NCBI GenBank assembly: GCA_050947035.1
Contig: JBMNVW010000003.1
Span: 25,992-89,991 of the forward strand
DNA from: Patescibacteria group bacterium
Lineage (GTDB): Bacteria > Patescibacteriota > Microgenomatia > 0-14-0-10-38-17
Length of the DNA stretch: 64,000 nt
Direction of reading: 5' to 3'
Under the pieces are notes generated by a model, which ran no database searches, was not told the origin of the DNA, and saw only the letters and a list, made by a program, of their open reading frames with translations. Shown here piece after piece: positions 46,799 through 56,042 of this stretch (its first letter is position 1; every line of letters starts with the position of its first letter). Both the position numbers and the translations under genes were made by a program.

Positions 46799-47355
46799 AC
46801 AGAGACCAAATTTTAGCGATTATTAAGCGTCGAGTTGATAACGAAAATATTATTAAGCACATGTTGGCCATGGAGGCTTTTATGAGAGGTTTGGCCCGGC
46901 ATTTGGACAAGGATGAGAAAGCTTGGGGTTTGGCCGGTCTAGTTCATGATATAGACTATAATGACCAAACTTCCCCCCAAGAACATGGCTTAAAAACAAG
47001 AGAAATTTTAGCTGAAGAAAAAATAGATTTGTCAGGCGATATTCTTCAAGCCGTTGCGGCCCATAATTGGCACAATAATGGAGTTAAACCAAAGACCCTA
47101 ATGGATTGGGCCTTGTTTTGTGGCGACTCATTAACAGGCTTGGTTGTTGCTTGTGCTCTGGTAAGACCGGATAAAAAATTATCCTCGGTTACGGTGGAAT
47201 CAGTTTTAAAAAAATTTCCTCAAAAGCGTTTTGCCGCTGGCACCAGAAGAGAAGACATTAAAATGTGCCAGGATAAATTAGGGATTTCTTTGAAAGAATT
47301 TGTTAAAATTGCTCTTGAATCAATGCAAGAAATAAGTGAAGAGTTAGGTTTATAA
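46795..47355 (+). CDS. HD-domain phosphohydrolase
   Basis: HMLAMEAFMRGLA...LVHDIDY...AHNWH. HD superfamily. Confidence 0.6.
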   Translation: MNRDQILAIIKRRVDNENIIKHMLAMEAFMRGLARHLDKDEKAWGLAGLVHDIDYNDQTSPQEHGLKTREILAEEKIDLSGDILQAVAAHNWHNNGVKPKTLMDWALFCGDSLTGLVVACALVRPDKKLSSVTVESVLKKFPQKRFAAGTRREDIKMCQDKLGISLKEFVKIALESMQEISEELGL

Positions 47356-47388
47356 AAAACTATAGGAAATTCAGCCTAAGATTATTAA

Positions 47389-47407
47389 TAGATCCTGGAT
47401 CTCTATC
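47389..47407. repeat. copy of the GATAGATCCTGGATCTATC palindrome family, 7 nt upstream of the serS start
   Basis: TAGATCCTGGATCTCTATC. Confidence 0.7.
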
Positions 47408-47413
47408 AATATT

Positions 47414-48685
47414 ATGCTCGATATTAATTTCATCCGCCGGAATCAAGAGCTAGTTAAGAAGGCGGCTCGTGACAAACAAATGAACGAGGGGATAGTTGAT
47501 AAGCTTATTATTGTTGATGATAAACGTCGAGAGCTTATTAAAGCCATAGATGACCTGCGGGCCAAAAGAAACGAGGCGGCCAAGAACAAAGACATTCCTT
47601 TGGGAAAAGAGGTTAAGGTTAAGCTTAAAAAGCTAGAACCGCAGCTAAGAGAAGTTCAAGACCAGTATCGACAGTTAATGCTTCAAGTTCCCAACTTGCC
47701 ATCCGATGACACCCCAATTGGTAAAACTAGTGAAGATAATCAAGAGATTGAGACATGGGGGAAAATACCCGAATTTGATTTTCCTGTTCAGGACCATATT
47801 GCTTTGGGAGAAAAATTAGATTTAATTGATTTGGAAAAGGGGGCGCAAACAGCCGGTTTTAGAGGCTATTATTTAAAAAATGCCGCGGCCAAACTTCATT
47901 TTGCTGTTCTTTTTTACGCTTGGCAAAAGATAATTGAGGCTGGTTTTACTCCCATGGTGCCGCCAACAATTTTACGAGAATTTGCCCTGGTCGGTAGTGG
48001 CCATTTTCCTTTTGGCAAAGAAGACGTTTATCAAATTGCCAACCCCTCTCGTCTTGCTTCAGGTGAAGAATCAGGAGAACCAGAATATTTGGCCGGGACG
48101 GCTGAACCATCCCTATTGGCTTATTTTGCCAATACCACCTTGGAAGAAAAGGATTTACCAGTTATGGTCGCCGGCTGGACCCCCTGTTATCGGTCAGAGG
48201 CGGGTAGTTACGGTAAGGACACCCAAGGGATTTATCGGATTCACGAATTTTCTAAGGTCGAACAGGTGGTTCTTTGTCAGGCCGATAATCAAGTTTCTGA
48301 TCAGTGGTTAGAAAAGATGAAAGATGTTTCGGTTGGGATTTTACAAGATTTTGGGCTTCCCTATCGAGTGGTTAAGGTTTGTACCGGTGATATGGGAGCA
48401 GGAAAGCGGAAAATGTATGATGTTGAGACCTGGATGCCGTCTCGAAAAGGCTATGGTGAAACCCACTCAGACTCAAACCTGACCGATTGGCAATCGCGGC
48501 GGTTAAATATTTCCTATAAAAACAAAAAAGGTCGAAAAACACTTGTTCACGCTTTAAATAATACCGTTTTGGCTAGCCCCAGGATTTTAATTGCTATTTT
48601 AGAAAACAATCAACAAAAGGATGGTTCTGTTATTATCCCCAAAGTATTAAGAAGCTTGGTTGGCCTTAACAAAATTACCCCATAA
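47414..48685 (+). CDS. serS: serine--tRNA ligase
   Basis: N-terminal coiled-coil. Class II motifs including TPCYRSEAGSYGKDT. Confidence 0.95.
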   Translation: MLDINFIRRNQELVKKAARDKQMNEGIVDKLIIVDDKRRELIKAIDDLRAKRNEAAKNKDIPLGKEVKVKLKKLEPQLREVQDQYRQLMLQVPNLPSDDTPIGKTSEDNQEIETWGKIPEFDFPVQDHIALGEKLDLIDLEKGAQTAGFRGYYLKNAAAKLHFAVLFYAWQKIIEAGFTPMVPPTILREFALVGSGHFPFGKEDVYQIANPSRLASGEESGEPEYLAGTAEPSLLAYFANTTLEEKDLPVMVAGWTPCYRSEAGSYGKDTQGIYRIHEFSKVEQVVLCQADNQVSDQWLEKMKDVSVGILQDFGLPYRVVKVCTGDMGAGKRKMYDVETWMPSRKGYGETHSDSNLTDWQSRRLNISYKNKKGRKTLVHALNNTVLASPRILIAILENNQQKDGSVIIPKVLRSLVGLNKITP

Positions 48686-49990
48686 AAACTTGTCTTCAGA
48701 ATCGATTATTTTAACAGGAAGGATTTCACCGATTAAATCTTTTTTCTTGTTTTCTTTAGTCTTGATTTTGGTTGGCCAATAGTTATCAGAAAGCCCCCAC
48801 CAACCGTAAGAAGTAGGTTTTAAAATTAATATTTTTCTGGTTGTGCCAAGCAAAAAGTTTCTTTCTTTTTTTCGATTTTTCTTGATGAGGGTAAGAAGTT
48901 TATTTCTTCGTTTCTTTTTGATTTGATCAGAAATTTTGGACCAGGCTTTATTTTTAACCATTTTTTTAGCTTTAGTTTGCGGACGAGGAGAATAAGAAAA
49001 AAGATGGCCAAAGGAAAATCGGTTTTTTTTAATAAATTCTTGAGTTTGGTCAAATTCTTGATCGGTTTCGCCGGGAAAACCAATCATAATGTCGGCCCGA
49101 AGAGTAAAATAAGGAAGAATTTCTTTAATATAATGTAGCGATTGGCTCAATTGTTTTAAATTGGTCTGGCGGTTCATGCGCTCTAAAACCGTTTCTGATC
49201 CGGACTGAAGGGCCAAATGCCAATATGAAGATAAGCGTTGATTTTTTTCTTGATCGGTAATAAAAATATTGATTAGTTTTTGATCGATTAATTTGGGGGT
49301 TAGTGAGCTTAGTGACAATCGGGGGATTTTAGTTTTTTTTAAGATTTCCTCAATTAAATCGGCAAAAGTAGTCGGCGAATCAAGATCCTGACCAAAAAGA
49401 GAAAGATTGATACCACAAATAATAGCCTCTTTTGCTCCGGCCTGATGAGCCTGATTAATTTCTTTGACGATTTGTTTTGGTTTTTTACTAGTTTGCTTTG
49501 TTCTTAAATAGGGAACAATACAATAAGAACAAAAATGGTTACAACCATCCTGAATTTTAACAAAAGCTCGCTTGATAGATCCTGGATCTATCAGAGCCTT
49601 TTGTATAGGGAGATCCTGGATCTGGCAAGAAAAAGCGAAGTGTTTGGTAATAATTTTAGGGATGGTTGATTTTTTTTCGTTGGTAATGAATAAATCAGCC
49701 GGTGGTAATTGCTTTTTTTTAGAAACTTTGAGCCAGAGGTTGGCCGCACAACCGGTAGCGATTAAGAAACAATTAGGGTAAATTTTTTTAAAATGGCGAA
49801 TGGCTTTAGCGCTTTCTCGTTCTCCTTTTTGGGTAATAACGCAGGTATTGATAATAACAATATCGGGTGACTGGCCATCTTTGGCCTTCTGATAACCAAG
49901 GTTGATAAGCTGATTACTGATTTTTTTAGTTTCGGCTTGGTTAACTCGGCAACCTAAGGTTTGGGTTAAAAAAGTAGCTTTGGCGGACAT
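48647..49990 (-). CDS. MiaB-family radical-SAM methylthiotransferase (MtaB/RimO-like, with a C-terminal TRAM-like region)
   Basis: TLGCRVNQAE..INTCVIT, IQDGCNHFCSYCIVP radical-SAM motif. Confidence 0.8.
   Translation of the reverse strand: MSAKATFLTQTLGCRVNQAETKKISNQLINLGYQKAKDGQSPDIVIINTCVITQKGERESAKAIRHFKKIYPNCFLIATGCAANLWLKVSKKKQLPPADLFITNEKKSTIPKIITKHFAFSCQIQDLPIQKALIDPGSIKRAFVKIQDGCNHFCSYCIVPYLRTKQTSKKPKQIVKEINQAHQAGAKEAIICGINLSLFGQDLDSPTTFADLIEEILKKTKIPRLSLSSLTPKLIDQKLINIFITDQEKNQRLSSYWHLALQSGSETVLERMNRQTNLKQLSQSLHYIKEILPYFTLRADIMIGFPGETDQEFDQTQEFIKKNRFSFGHLFSYSPRPQTKAKKMVKNKAWSKISDQIKKKRRNKLLTLIKKNRKKERNFLLGTTRKILILKPTSYGWWGLSDNYWPTKIKTKENKKKDLIGEILPVKIIDSEDKFLWGNFVKANQAS
49574..49623. 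repeat. two copies of the GATAGATCCTGGATCTATC-family palindrome inside the MTTase CDS (perfect 19-mer at 49574-49592, AGATCCTGGATCT at 49611-49623)
   Basis: These encode ..CQIQDLPIQKALIDPGSIKRAF.. in the minus-strand protein linker. Confidence 0.8.
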
Positions 49991-50049
49991 GGATTAATTA
50001 TATAATATGATTTTTGATTTTTAGTATGGATTGCTATAATTAGAAAGAC

Positions 50050-52791
50050 ATGAAAAATATTTTGACGAAATTGTTTTCTTCTCAAAAACGAGAACTGGCT
50101 CGTCTTCAGGACTTGGTAGATAAGATTAACGGTTGGGAAAAAAATTTAGAGAAATTAACCAATAAACAGATTGAAAAAAAGAGCCGAGAGTTAAAAAAAA
50201 GATTAAAAAAAGAAAAGCCGGAGGCTCTTTTGCCAGAAGCCTTTGCTTTGGTTAGGGAAGCGGCCAAAAGAACTATTGGCCAGCGGCACTTTGATGTTCA
50301 AATGATAGCCGCCATTGCTCTTTTTGAGGGTAAGGCGATTGAACAAAAAACCGGCGAGGGTAAAACCCTGGCAGCTACTCCGGCTCTTTTTTTACGGGCC
50401 CTAGAGGGTAGGGGAGTTCATTTGGTGACGGTCAATGATTATTTGGCCAGGCGAGATGCCGGTTGGATGGGACAAATTTTTAATCTTTTGGGTTTGTCAA
50501 CAGGCGGCATAATTCATGACCAGGCCTTTATTTACGATCCTGAATTTAGTCAGAAAGCCGATGATGATCGTTTGCGCCACCTGCGGCCAGTAGAGAGAAG
50601 GGCAGCCTATCAGGCTGATATTACTTACGGGACCAATAATGAATTTGGTTTTGATTATCTTCGTGATAATATGGCTCATAATTTGGCCGATAAAGTTCAG
50701 CGGCCCCATTATTTTGCCATTGTTGATGAAGTTGATTTTGCCTTAATCGACGAGGCTCGGACCCCGTTGATTATTTCTTCTCCCGAAGCCGAACCAACGG
50801 AAAAATATTATCAATTTGCTCGCCTAATCCGTTCACTTTCTTCTCAAACCGATTATTCGATTGATGAGGAATCGCGAAGCGTTTCCTTAACCGATCACGG
50901 TATTACCAAGATAGAAAAATCTTTGGGGGTGGATAATCTTTACGAAAAGGATTTCGAAACCATTCACCATATTGAAAATGCCCTAAAAGCCAAAGAGCTT
51001 TTTCGTTTAGATAGAGATTATGTTGTTAAAGAGGGGGAAATTGTTATTGTTGACGAGTTTACTGGCCGGTTAATGTTTGGTCGGCGTTGGTCCGGGGGCT
51101 TGCATCAAGCCGTAGAAGCCAAGGAGGGAGTCGAAATAAAGCAAGAGTCTAAGACTTTGGCCACTATTTCTTTTCAAAATTATTTTCGTCTTTATCAACA
51201 TCTTTCGGGTATGACCGGGACGGCCATGACCTCGGCGGAGGAATTTCGAAAAATTTATCATTTAGAAACTTTGGCCATCCCCACCAATCGGCCGGTAATT
51301 AGAAAAGATTATGAAGACGCTATTTTTAAAAATCAACGAGCCAAATATACGGCTGTTGCCAATGAGGTGGCTCAATACCACCAAAAAGGTCAACCGGTTT
51401 TGGTGGGGACTACCTCAATTGAAAAAAACGAAATTGTTTCCCGGCTGTTAAAACATAAAAAAATTCCTCATCAGGTTCTTAATGCCAAAAATCATGAAAA
51501 AGAAGCTTCAGTTTTGGCCCAAGCCGGAGCCAAGGGGGCAGTGACCGTGGCTACCAACATGGCCGGGCGGGGGGTGGACATTGTTTTAGGGGGAGAAGAG
51601 CCGAAACAAGCTCGAAGTTCAAAGTCCAAAAATCAAAGTAATTATGAAAAAGTCCGCCAGGCCTGGCAAAAGAAACATGATGAGGTGGTCGCCCTGGGGG
51701 GTTTGCATGTTATCGGAACCGAAAGGCATGAGGCCAGAAGGATTGATGACCAACTTCGGGGTCGGGCTGGCCGTCAAGGCGATCCTGGTTCTAGTCGATT
51801 TTTTATCGCCCTAGATGACGATATGATGCGGGTATTTGGCGGCCAACAAATTGCTTCTTTGATGAATCGATTTAATTTTCCTGATGATGTCCCGATAGAA
51901 AACCGATTTATTTCTCGCTCGATTGAGCAAATTCAGTCTAAGGTAGAAGGAGTTCATTTTGATGCTCGAAAGCGGTTGGTGGAATATGATGATGTGGCCA
52001 ACAAACAAAGAGAAATTGTCTATCGACTTCGTGACCAAATTTTAACTTTAGCCGATCAAGAAAAATTCGAAAGCTTGAAAAATAATTTATTAGGCCGGAT
52101 TAATGAAGAAGTTGATAGTTTGGTTGAGGCTAATTTTATTACTGTTCCTAATTCTGAAGCGGATGAAAAAAAGGTTAATTTTGAGGCCTTGATTCGTGAA
52201 TTTGCCGAGATTTTACCCCTTGACAACGATTCCCAGCAAAAGTTAATAAAAACCCTAGCCGGAAAGGAAAAGGCGGGTGTAAGGGAATATCTTAAAAATA
52301 TGGCCAAGAAATTTTTTCAAGAACTGACCGAAAAGTTGGGTGAGCGAAGAATGATTGAGGTTGGCAAGTTGGTTTTGTTGGGGACTATTGATCGTCTTTG
52401 GGTTGATCATTTAGACCAAATGGAAGAATTAAGAGAGGGGGTAGCCGTCCGTTCTTATGGCCAACAAGACCCCTTATCAATTTATCGTCATGAGGCTTTT
52501 GATCAATTTGAGCAGTTAATGGGCCAGATCGATTATCAGGTGGCGAGAAAAATTTTCCGGGTTCAGTTTGCTGGTTCGGCTCGGCCATCATTTTTCCAAA
52601 GTGCCCAAACCAACGTTGACAGTCAAGACGGGATGGGTTTGGTTGGCAATCAAAACCTTCTCGGTCAGGAAAGAAAAAAAACCAAAGTTAAAACCGTGGT
52701 TAACAAAGTGAAGTCGCCGGGTCGCAATGATCCCTGCCCCTGTGGGAGCGGAAAAAAATATAAGAAATGTTGCTACCCAAAATATGGTTGA
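50050..52791 (+). CDS. secA: preprotein translocase ATPase SecA
   Basis: DEAD motor motifs, PPXD, C-terminal zinc finger CPCGSGKKYKKCC. Confidence 0.97.
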   Translation: MKNILTKLFSSQKRELARLQDLVDKINGWEKNLEKLTNKQIEKKSRELKKRLKKEKPEALLPEAFALVREAAKRTIGQRHFDVQMIAAIALFEGKAIEQKTGEGKTLAATPALFLRALEGRGVHLVTVNDYLARRDAGWMGQIFNLLGLSTGGIIHDQAFIYDPEFSQKADDDRLRHLRPVERRAAYQADITYGTNNEFGFDYLRDNMAHNLADKVQRPHYFAIVDEVDFALIDEARTPLIISSPEAEPTEKYYQFARLIRSLSSQTDYSIDEESRSVSLTDHGITKIEKSLGVDNLYEKDFETIHHIENALKAKELFRLDRDYVVKEGEIVIVDEFTGRLMFGRRWSGGLHQAVEAKEGVEIKQESKTLATISFQNYFRLYQHLSGMTGTAMTSAEEFRKIYHLETLAIPTNRPVIRKDYEDAIFKNQRAKYTAVANEVAQYHQKGQPVLVGTTSIEKNEIVSRLLKHKKIPHQVLNAKNHEKEASVLAQAGAKGAVTVATNMAGRGVDIVLGGEEPKQARSSKSKNQSNYEKVRQAWQKKHDEVVALGGLHVIGTERHEARRIDDQLRGRAGRQGDPGSSRFFIALDDDMMRVFGGQQIASLMNRFNFPDDVPIENRFISRSIEQIQSKVEGVHFDARKRLVEYDDVANKQREIVYRLRDQILTLADQEKFESLKNNLLGRINEEVDSLVEANFITVPNSEADEKKVNFEALIREFAEILPLDNDSQQKLIKTLAGKEKAGVREYLKNMAKKFFQELTEKLGERRMIEVGKLVLLGTIDRLWVDHLDQMEELREGVAVRSYGQQDPLSIYRHEAFDQFEQLMGQIDYQVARKIFRVQFAGSARPSFFQSAQTNVDSQDGMGLVGNQNLLGQERKKTKVKTVVNKVKSPGRNDPCPCGSGKKYKKCCYPKYG

Positions 52792-53578
52792 CGAAGATCT
52801 AACCGTTTTTTCTTTTAATTTTGCCGGCTTGCCGTTAATAACCAAAAACTATCGGAGCCGGTTAAAATATTTACTTGATCTTTTGCCTAAAGTTGGTGCC
52901 GATGTTTTTTGTTTTCAAGAAGTTTGGTCAAAAAGAGCCCAGAAGAAAATAATTGCCTGCCTTGAAGATAATAATTTTCCCTATCATTATCGGGTTTCCG
53001 GTTTTTGTTTTAACGGTCTATTGATAGTTTCTCGTTATCCGATAAAAAAAGGCCAGTTTTATCCAATTAAGGGCTATTTTTATGATCTTAAGCGGTTTAT
53101 TATGGAGCTGCCTCTTTTTTCTAAAGGCTATCAGGTGGTGGATTTGGTTTTGCCCAAAACAGAAATTAAATTGTTTAATATTCACCTTCGAATTGACTGG
53201 AGTCAGGAGTTATGGCGAGAAAGTAAGCCTAAAGTTGTCAATCGTCAGGCAGTTGCCAACCTGATTAATCATGTTAATCTTTTGGGGAGAAAAAAGGTTG
53301 TTTTGGCCGGAGATTTTAATATTCGACCTGGGGATGAGCTTTATAAACAGCTTGTTGATTTGGCTGGACTTGGACCCGTTAGTCCTGTTGAGGGCCAAAT
53401 AGTTTTGCCGCTTATTTTCCGTTGGCCAATTGCTTCCGGGGTGGGAATTAGTGATCATATTTTCGCCAAAAACTTTTTTGATCTTAGCTATCAGGCGCAA
53501 ATTGTTGCCAATCAGCCAATTAAAAATGGGGTTTATTTATCAGACCACGCGGCTATTTTAACCAAAATATCTTGGTGA
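52784..53578 (+). CDS. endonuclease/exonuclease/phosphatase (EEP) family protein
   Basis: FSFNFAGL, CFQEVW, GDFN and SDH motifs. The ATG at 52784 overlaps the secA stop (ATGGTTGA). Confidence 0.6.
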   Translation: MVDEDLTVFSFNFAGLPLITKNYRSRLKYLLDLLPKVGADVFCFQEVWSKRAQKKIIACLEDNNFPYHYRVSGFCFNGLLIVSRYPIKKGQFYPIKGYFYDLKRFIMELPLFSKGYQVVDLVLPKTEIKLFNIHLRIDWSQELWRESKPKVVNRQAVANLINHVNLLGRKKVVLAGDFNIRPGDELYKQLVDLAGLGPVSPVEGQIVLPLIFRWPIASGVGISDHIFAKNFFDLSYQAQIVANQPIKNGVYLSDHAAILTKISW

Positions 53579-53691
53579 AAATAGTCATTTTTCTTGGCTA
53601 GATTGAAGGCATGTTATAATTTACTAGGGTAAAACTTCTTTTAGATAGAAGCTCTTTTTGGGGCCCTTCTTTTAATTTAGCAAAGTTTTTT

Positions 53692-55428
53692 ATGAGAATT
53701 TTTTCTTTATTTTTCCAGTTCCTGTGGCGCTATAAAAAGCGTTTTATTTTTTTTATTTTTGTTTTGCTGGCTGGCTCGGTTTTAACGGCCATTCAACCTT
53801 ATTTTTACAAAATTTTTGTTGATAATTTACCCTCGTTAGATTATTCGTTTCTTTTGAAAACTTTGGCCGCTTATATTGGTATTAGGCTGTTGGACAATTT
53901 GGTTTCAGTGGTGACTCACTTTTTAGCAGACAAAGTTTTAATTCCTGTTGCCCGTGATGCTCGATTAAAAGTTTTTGCTCAGGTTCAAGACCTCGACTTT
54001 GCTTATCATACCGAGAAAAACACCGGCTCATTAATCAGTGCCTTTAAAAGAGGCGACAACGCTCTTTTTGACATCTTTCATAACGGCATGAGCCTTTTTC
54101 GAATTATGGTTATTTTTATTGTCATGTTGTTCTTTTTTGTTGATGTTGACTATTGGGTAACTTTGCCCTTGGTTTTAGTGGTTATTATTAATCTTCTTTT
54201 AATTTATCGATTGATTTTGATAAACATGGATAGGCGCAAAGAGTTTAATGATGCCGAAGACAAGGTTTCGGCAATTATTACTGACAACTTGATTAATTTT
54301 GAAACAGTTAAGTATTTTGCTAAAGAAAACTGGGAGCGTTGGCGTTTGAAAAAAACTTTTCGATCCTGGTCTGATAAGCTTTGGCGGTTTTCCAACTCTT
54401 TTCGCTTAATGGACATTTCTTTAGGAAGTGTTTCTAATTTGGGGGTGGGGATAATTTTGTTGATCGCCCTAAGGCGTTTAGTGGCTGGTCAAATTGGCCC
54501 GGGCGATTTTGTTTTAGTGTTGGGTTTTATCAATAGCTTTTTTCCGCGCCTTTTTGAAATCTTTTTTAATTTGAGAAGTTTAACTTCTCGTCATGTTGAC
54601 CTAAGGCGTTATTTTGAAGTTTTAACCAAGCCGGTTTTAGTCAAAGATCCGGTTAAGCCAGCCTCTCTTAAAAATGTTAAGGGAGAAATTGTTTTTTCTG
54701 ATGTTGATTTTTCTTATCCAGGCGGCAAAGAGGGGGCGGTGGCTGATCTTGACTTAACCATTAGGCCGGGGGAAACAATTGCCTTTGTGGGGGCTTCCGG
54801 GGCTGGTAAATCAACAATAGTCAAGCTCTTGATGCGTTTTTATGATGTTGATCAGGGAAAAATTTTGATTGACGGGATTAATATTAAAAAAATTACCAAG
54901 AGCGATTTACGTTCTTTGATTGGCATTGTCCCTCAAGAGCCAATTCTTTTTAACGATACCATTGCTTACAACATTGGTTATGGCTTAGAAAAAGAAGATT
55001 TAGAAAAAATTAAAAAGGCGGCAAAAATGGCCAATTTGGCTGAATTTATTAATTTATTACCTAAAAAATATCAAACAATGGTTGGGGAAAGAGGGGTAAA
55101 ATTATCCGGTGGTCAAAAACAGCGATTAGCTATTGCTCGAATGATTTTAACCAATCCCCAAATTATTGTTTTTGATGAAGCCACTTCTCAATTAGATTCG
55201 GACTCGGAAAAATTGATTCAAAAATCTTTTTGGCAGGCAAAAAGAGGCAAAACGGCCATTATTATTGCTCATCGCCTTTCGACGGTAAGGCGGGCCGATA
55301 GAATAGTGGTTTTAAAAAATGGCCGGATCGTGGAAACCGGCAGTCATAAAAACTTACTTCGTCGACAAAAAGGTATTTATCGACGGCTTTGGCAAATTCA
55401 AACCCAAGCAGAAGAGGGCCATAAGTAA
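53692..55428 (+). CDS. ABC exporter, fused permease/ATP-binding protein (MsbA-like)
   Basis: Six-TM domain followed by Walker A GASGAGKST, LSGGQKQR, Walker B and H-loop. Confidence 0.9.
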   Translation: MRIFSLFFQFLWRYKKRFIFFIFVLLAGSVLTAIQPYFYKIFVDNLPSLDYSFLLKTLAAYIGIRLLDNLVSVVTHFLADKVLIPVARDARLKVFAQVQDLDFAYHTEKNTGSLISAFKRGDNALFDIFHNGMSLFRIMVIFIVMLFFFVDVDYWVTLPLVLVVIINLLLIYRLILINMDRRKEFNDAEDKVSAIITDNLINFETVKYFAKENWERWRLKKTFRSWSDKLWRFSNSFRLMDISLGSVSNLGVGIILLIALRRLVAGQIGPGDFVLVLGFINSFFPRLFEIFFNLRSLTSRHVDLRRYFEVLTKPVLVKDPVKPASLKNVKGEIVFSDVDFSYPGGKEGAVADLDLTIRPGETIAFVGASGAGKSTIVKLLMRFYDVDQGKILIDGINIKKITKSDLRSLIGIVPQEPILFNDTIAYNIGYGLEKEDLEKIKKAAKMANLAEFINLLPKKYQTMVGERGVKLSGGQKQRLAIARMILTNPQIIVFDEATSQLDSDSEKLIQKSFWQAKRGKTAIIIAHRLSTVRRADRIVVLKNGRIVETGSHKNLLRRQKGIYRRLWQIQTQAEEGHK

Positions 55429-55467
55429 AATTAGACCGGTCTTAATCGATTGTATTATAATGGGCCT

Positions 55468-55863
55468 ATGGCGAAGTCTTGGTTTTTTAAGCTTCTTATT
55501 TTAGTTATTTTGATAGGCGCTTTAGCCTATTTTTTTGATTCCAATTTGGTTAAAAATTGGTTTGGCTATTCTCAGGTGTTAGGAGAGGAGGCCGGCCCGA
55601 TTTTTGAAGAAAAATTATTATCACCGGCCAAAGATGTTGTCAATCGTCATTTTCGTTGGCCTCAAAAAGAAGACCTGGAACCCCTGCCAAGGTTAGTTGT
55701 CGAAGAAAAAAACCAAGAATCTCCCCCCAGTCAGGCTGAGTTTGATCAGTCTTTGGAAACCCTAACCGAAGAAATTAAGAAACTGCCCCAACAACAGTTA
55801 ATAAAAGTTAAAGAACAGTTAATTAAGGAAATTTTTCCCGATTGTCATTGTGTGTGCGAATAG
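55468..55863 (+). CDS. membrane-anchored hypothetical protein
   Basis: ORF with N-terminal TM. TATTATAAT box ends 7 nt before this ATG, so the start is uncertain (track start 55450 is TTG). Confidence 0.3.
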   Translation: MAKSWFFKLLILVILIGALAYFFDSNLVKNWFGYSQVLGEEAGPIFEEKLLSPAKDVVNRHFRWPQKEDLEPLPRLVVEEKNQESPPSQAEFDQSLETLTEEIKKLPQQQLIKVKEQLIKEIFPDCHCVCE

Positions 55864-55887
55864 GAAAGAAGCTTGTTCTTTTTTTTC

Positions 55888-56022
55888 GTCATCCTGAAGG
55901 AGCGGCAAACGACCGAAGGATCTCTTTTTTGAGCAAAAGGATGGGATCCTTCGCCTAAAGGCTCAGGATGACAGGGGTAGAGGTTGGTCTAAAAACAACA
56001 TTTAAAAAAACAATTTAACAAT
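55888..56022 (+). repeat. full copy of the ~90-nt nested hairpin element plus the downstream AAAAACAA..TTTAACAAT box, upstream of prfB
   Basis: GTCATCCTGA..CGAAGGATC..GGATCCTTCG..TCAGGATGAC. The outer 10-bp and inner 9-10-bp stems are both perfect. Confidence 0.75.
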
Positions 56023-56042
56023 ATAGTAATTAGATTTTATTT

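Noticed and set aside
25381-56022. Whether the nested hairpin repeats or the palindrome families constitute a CRISPR array
   Set aside because: Copies are tens of kb apart, not regularly spaced, with no unique spacers between short direct repeats and no cas genes. Not CRISPR.
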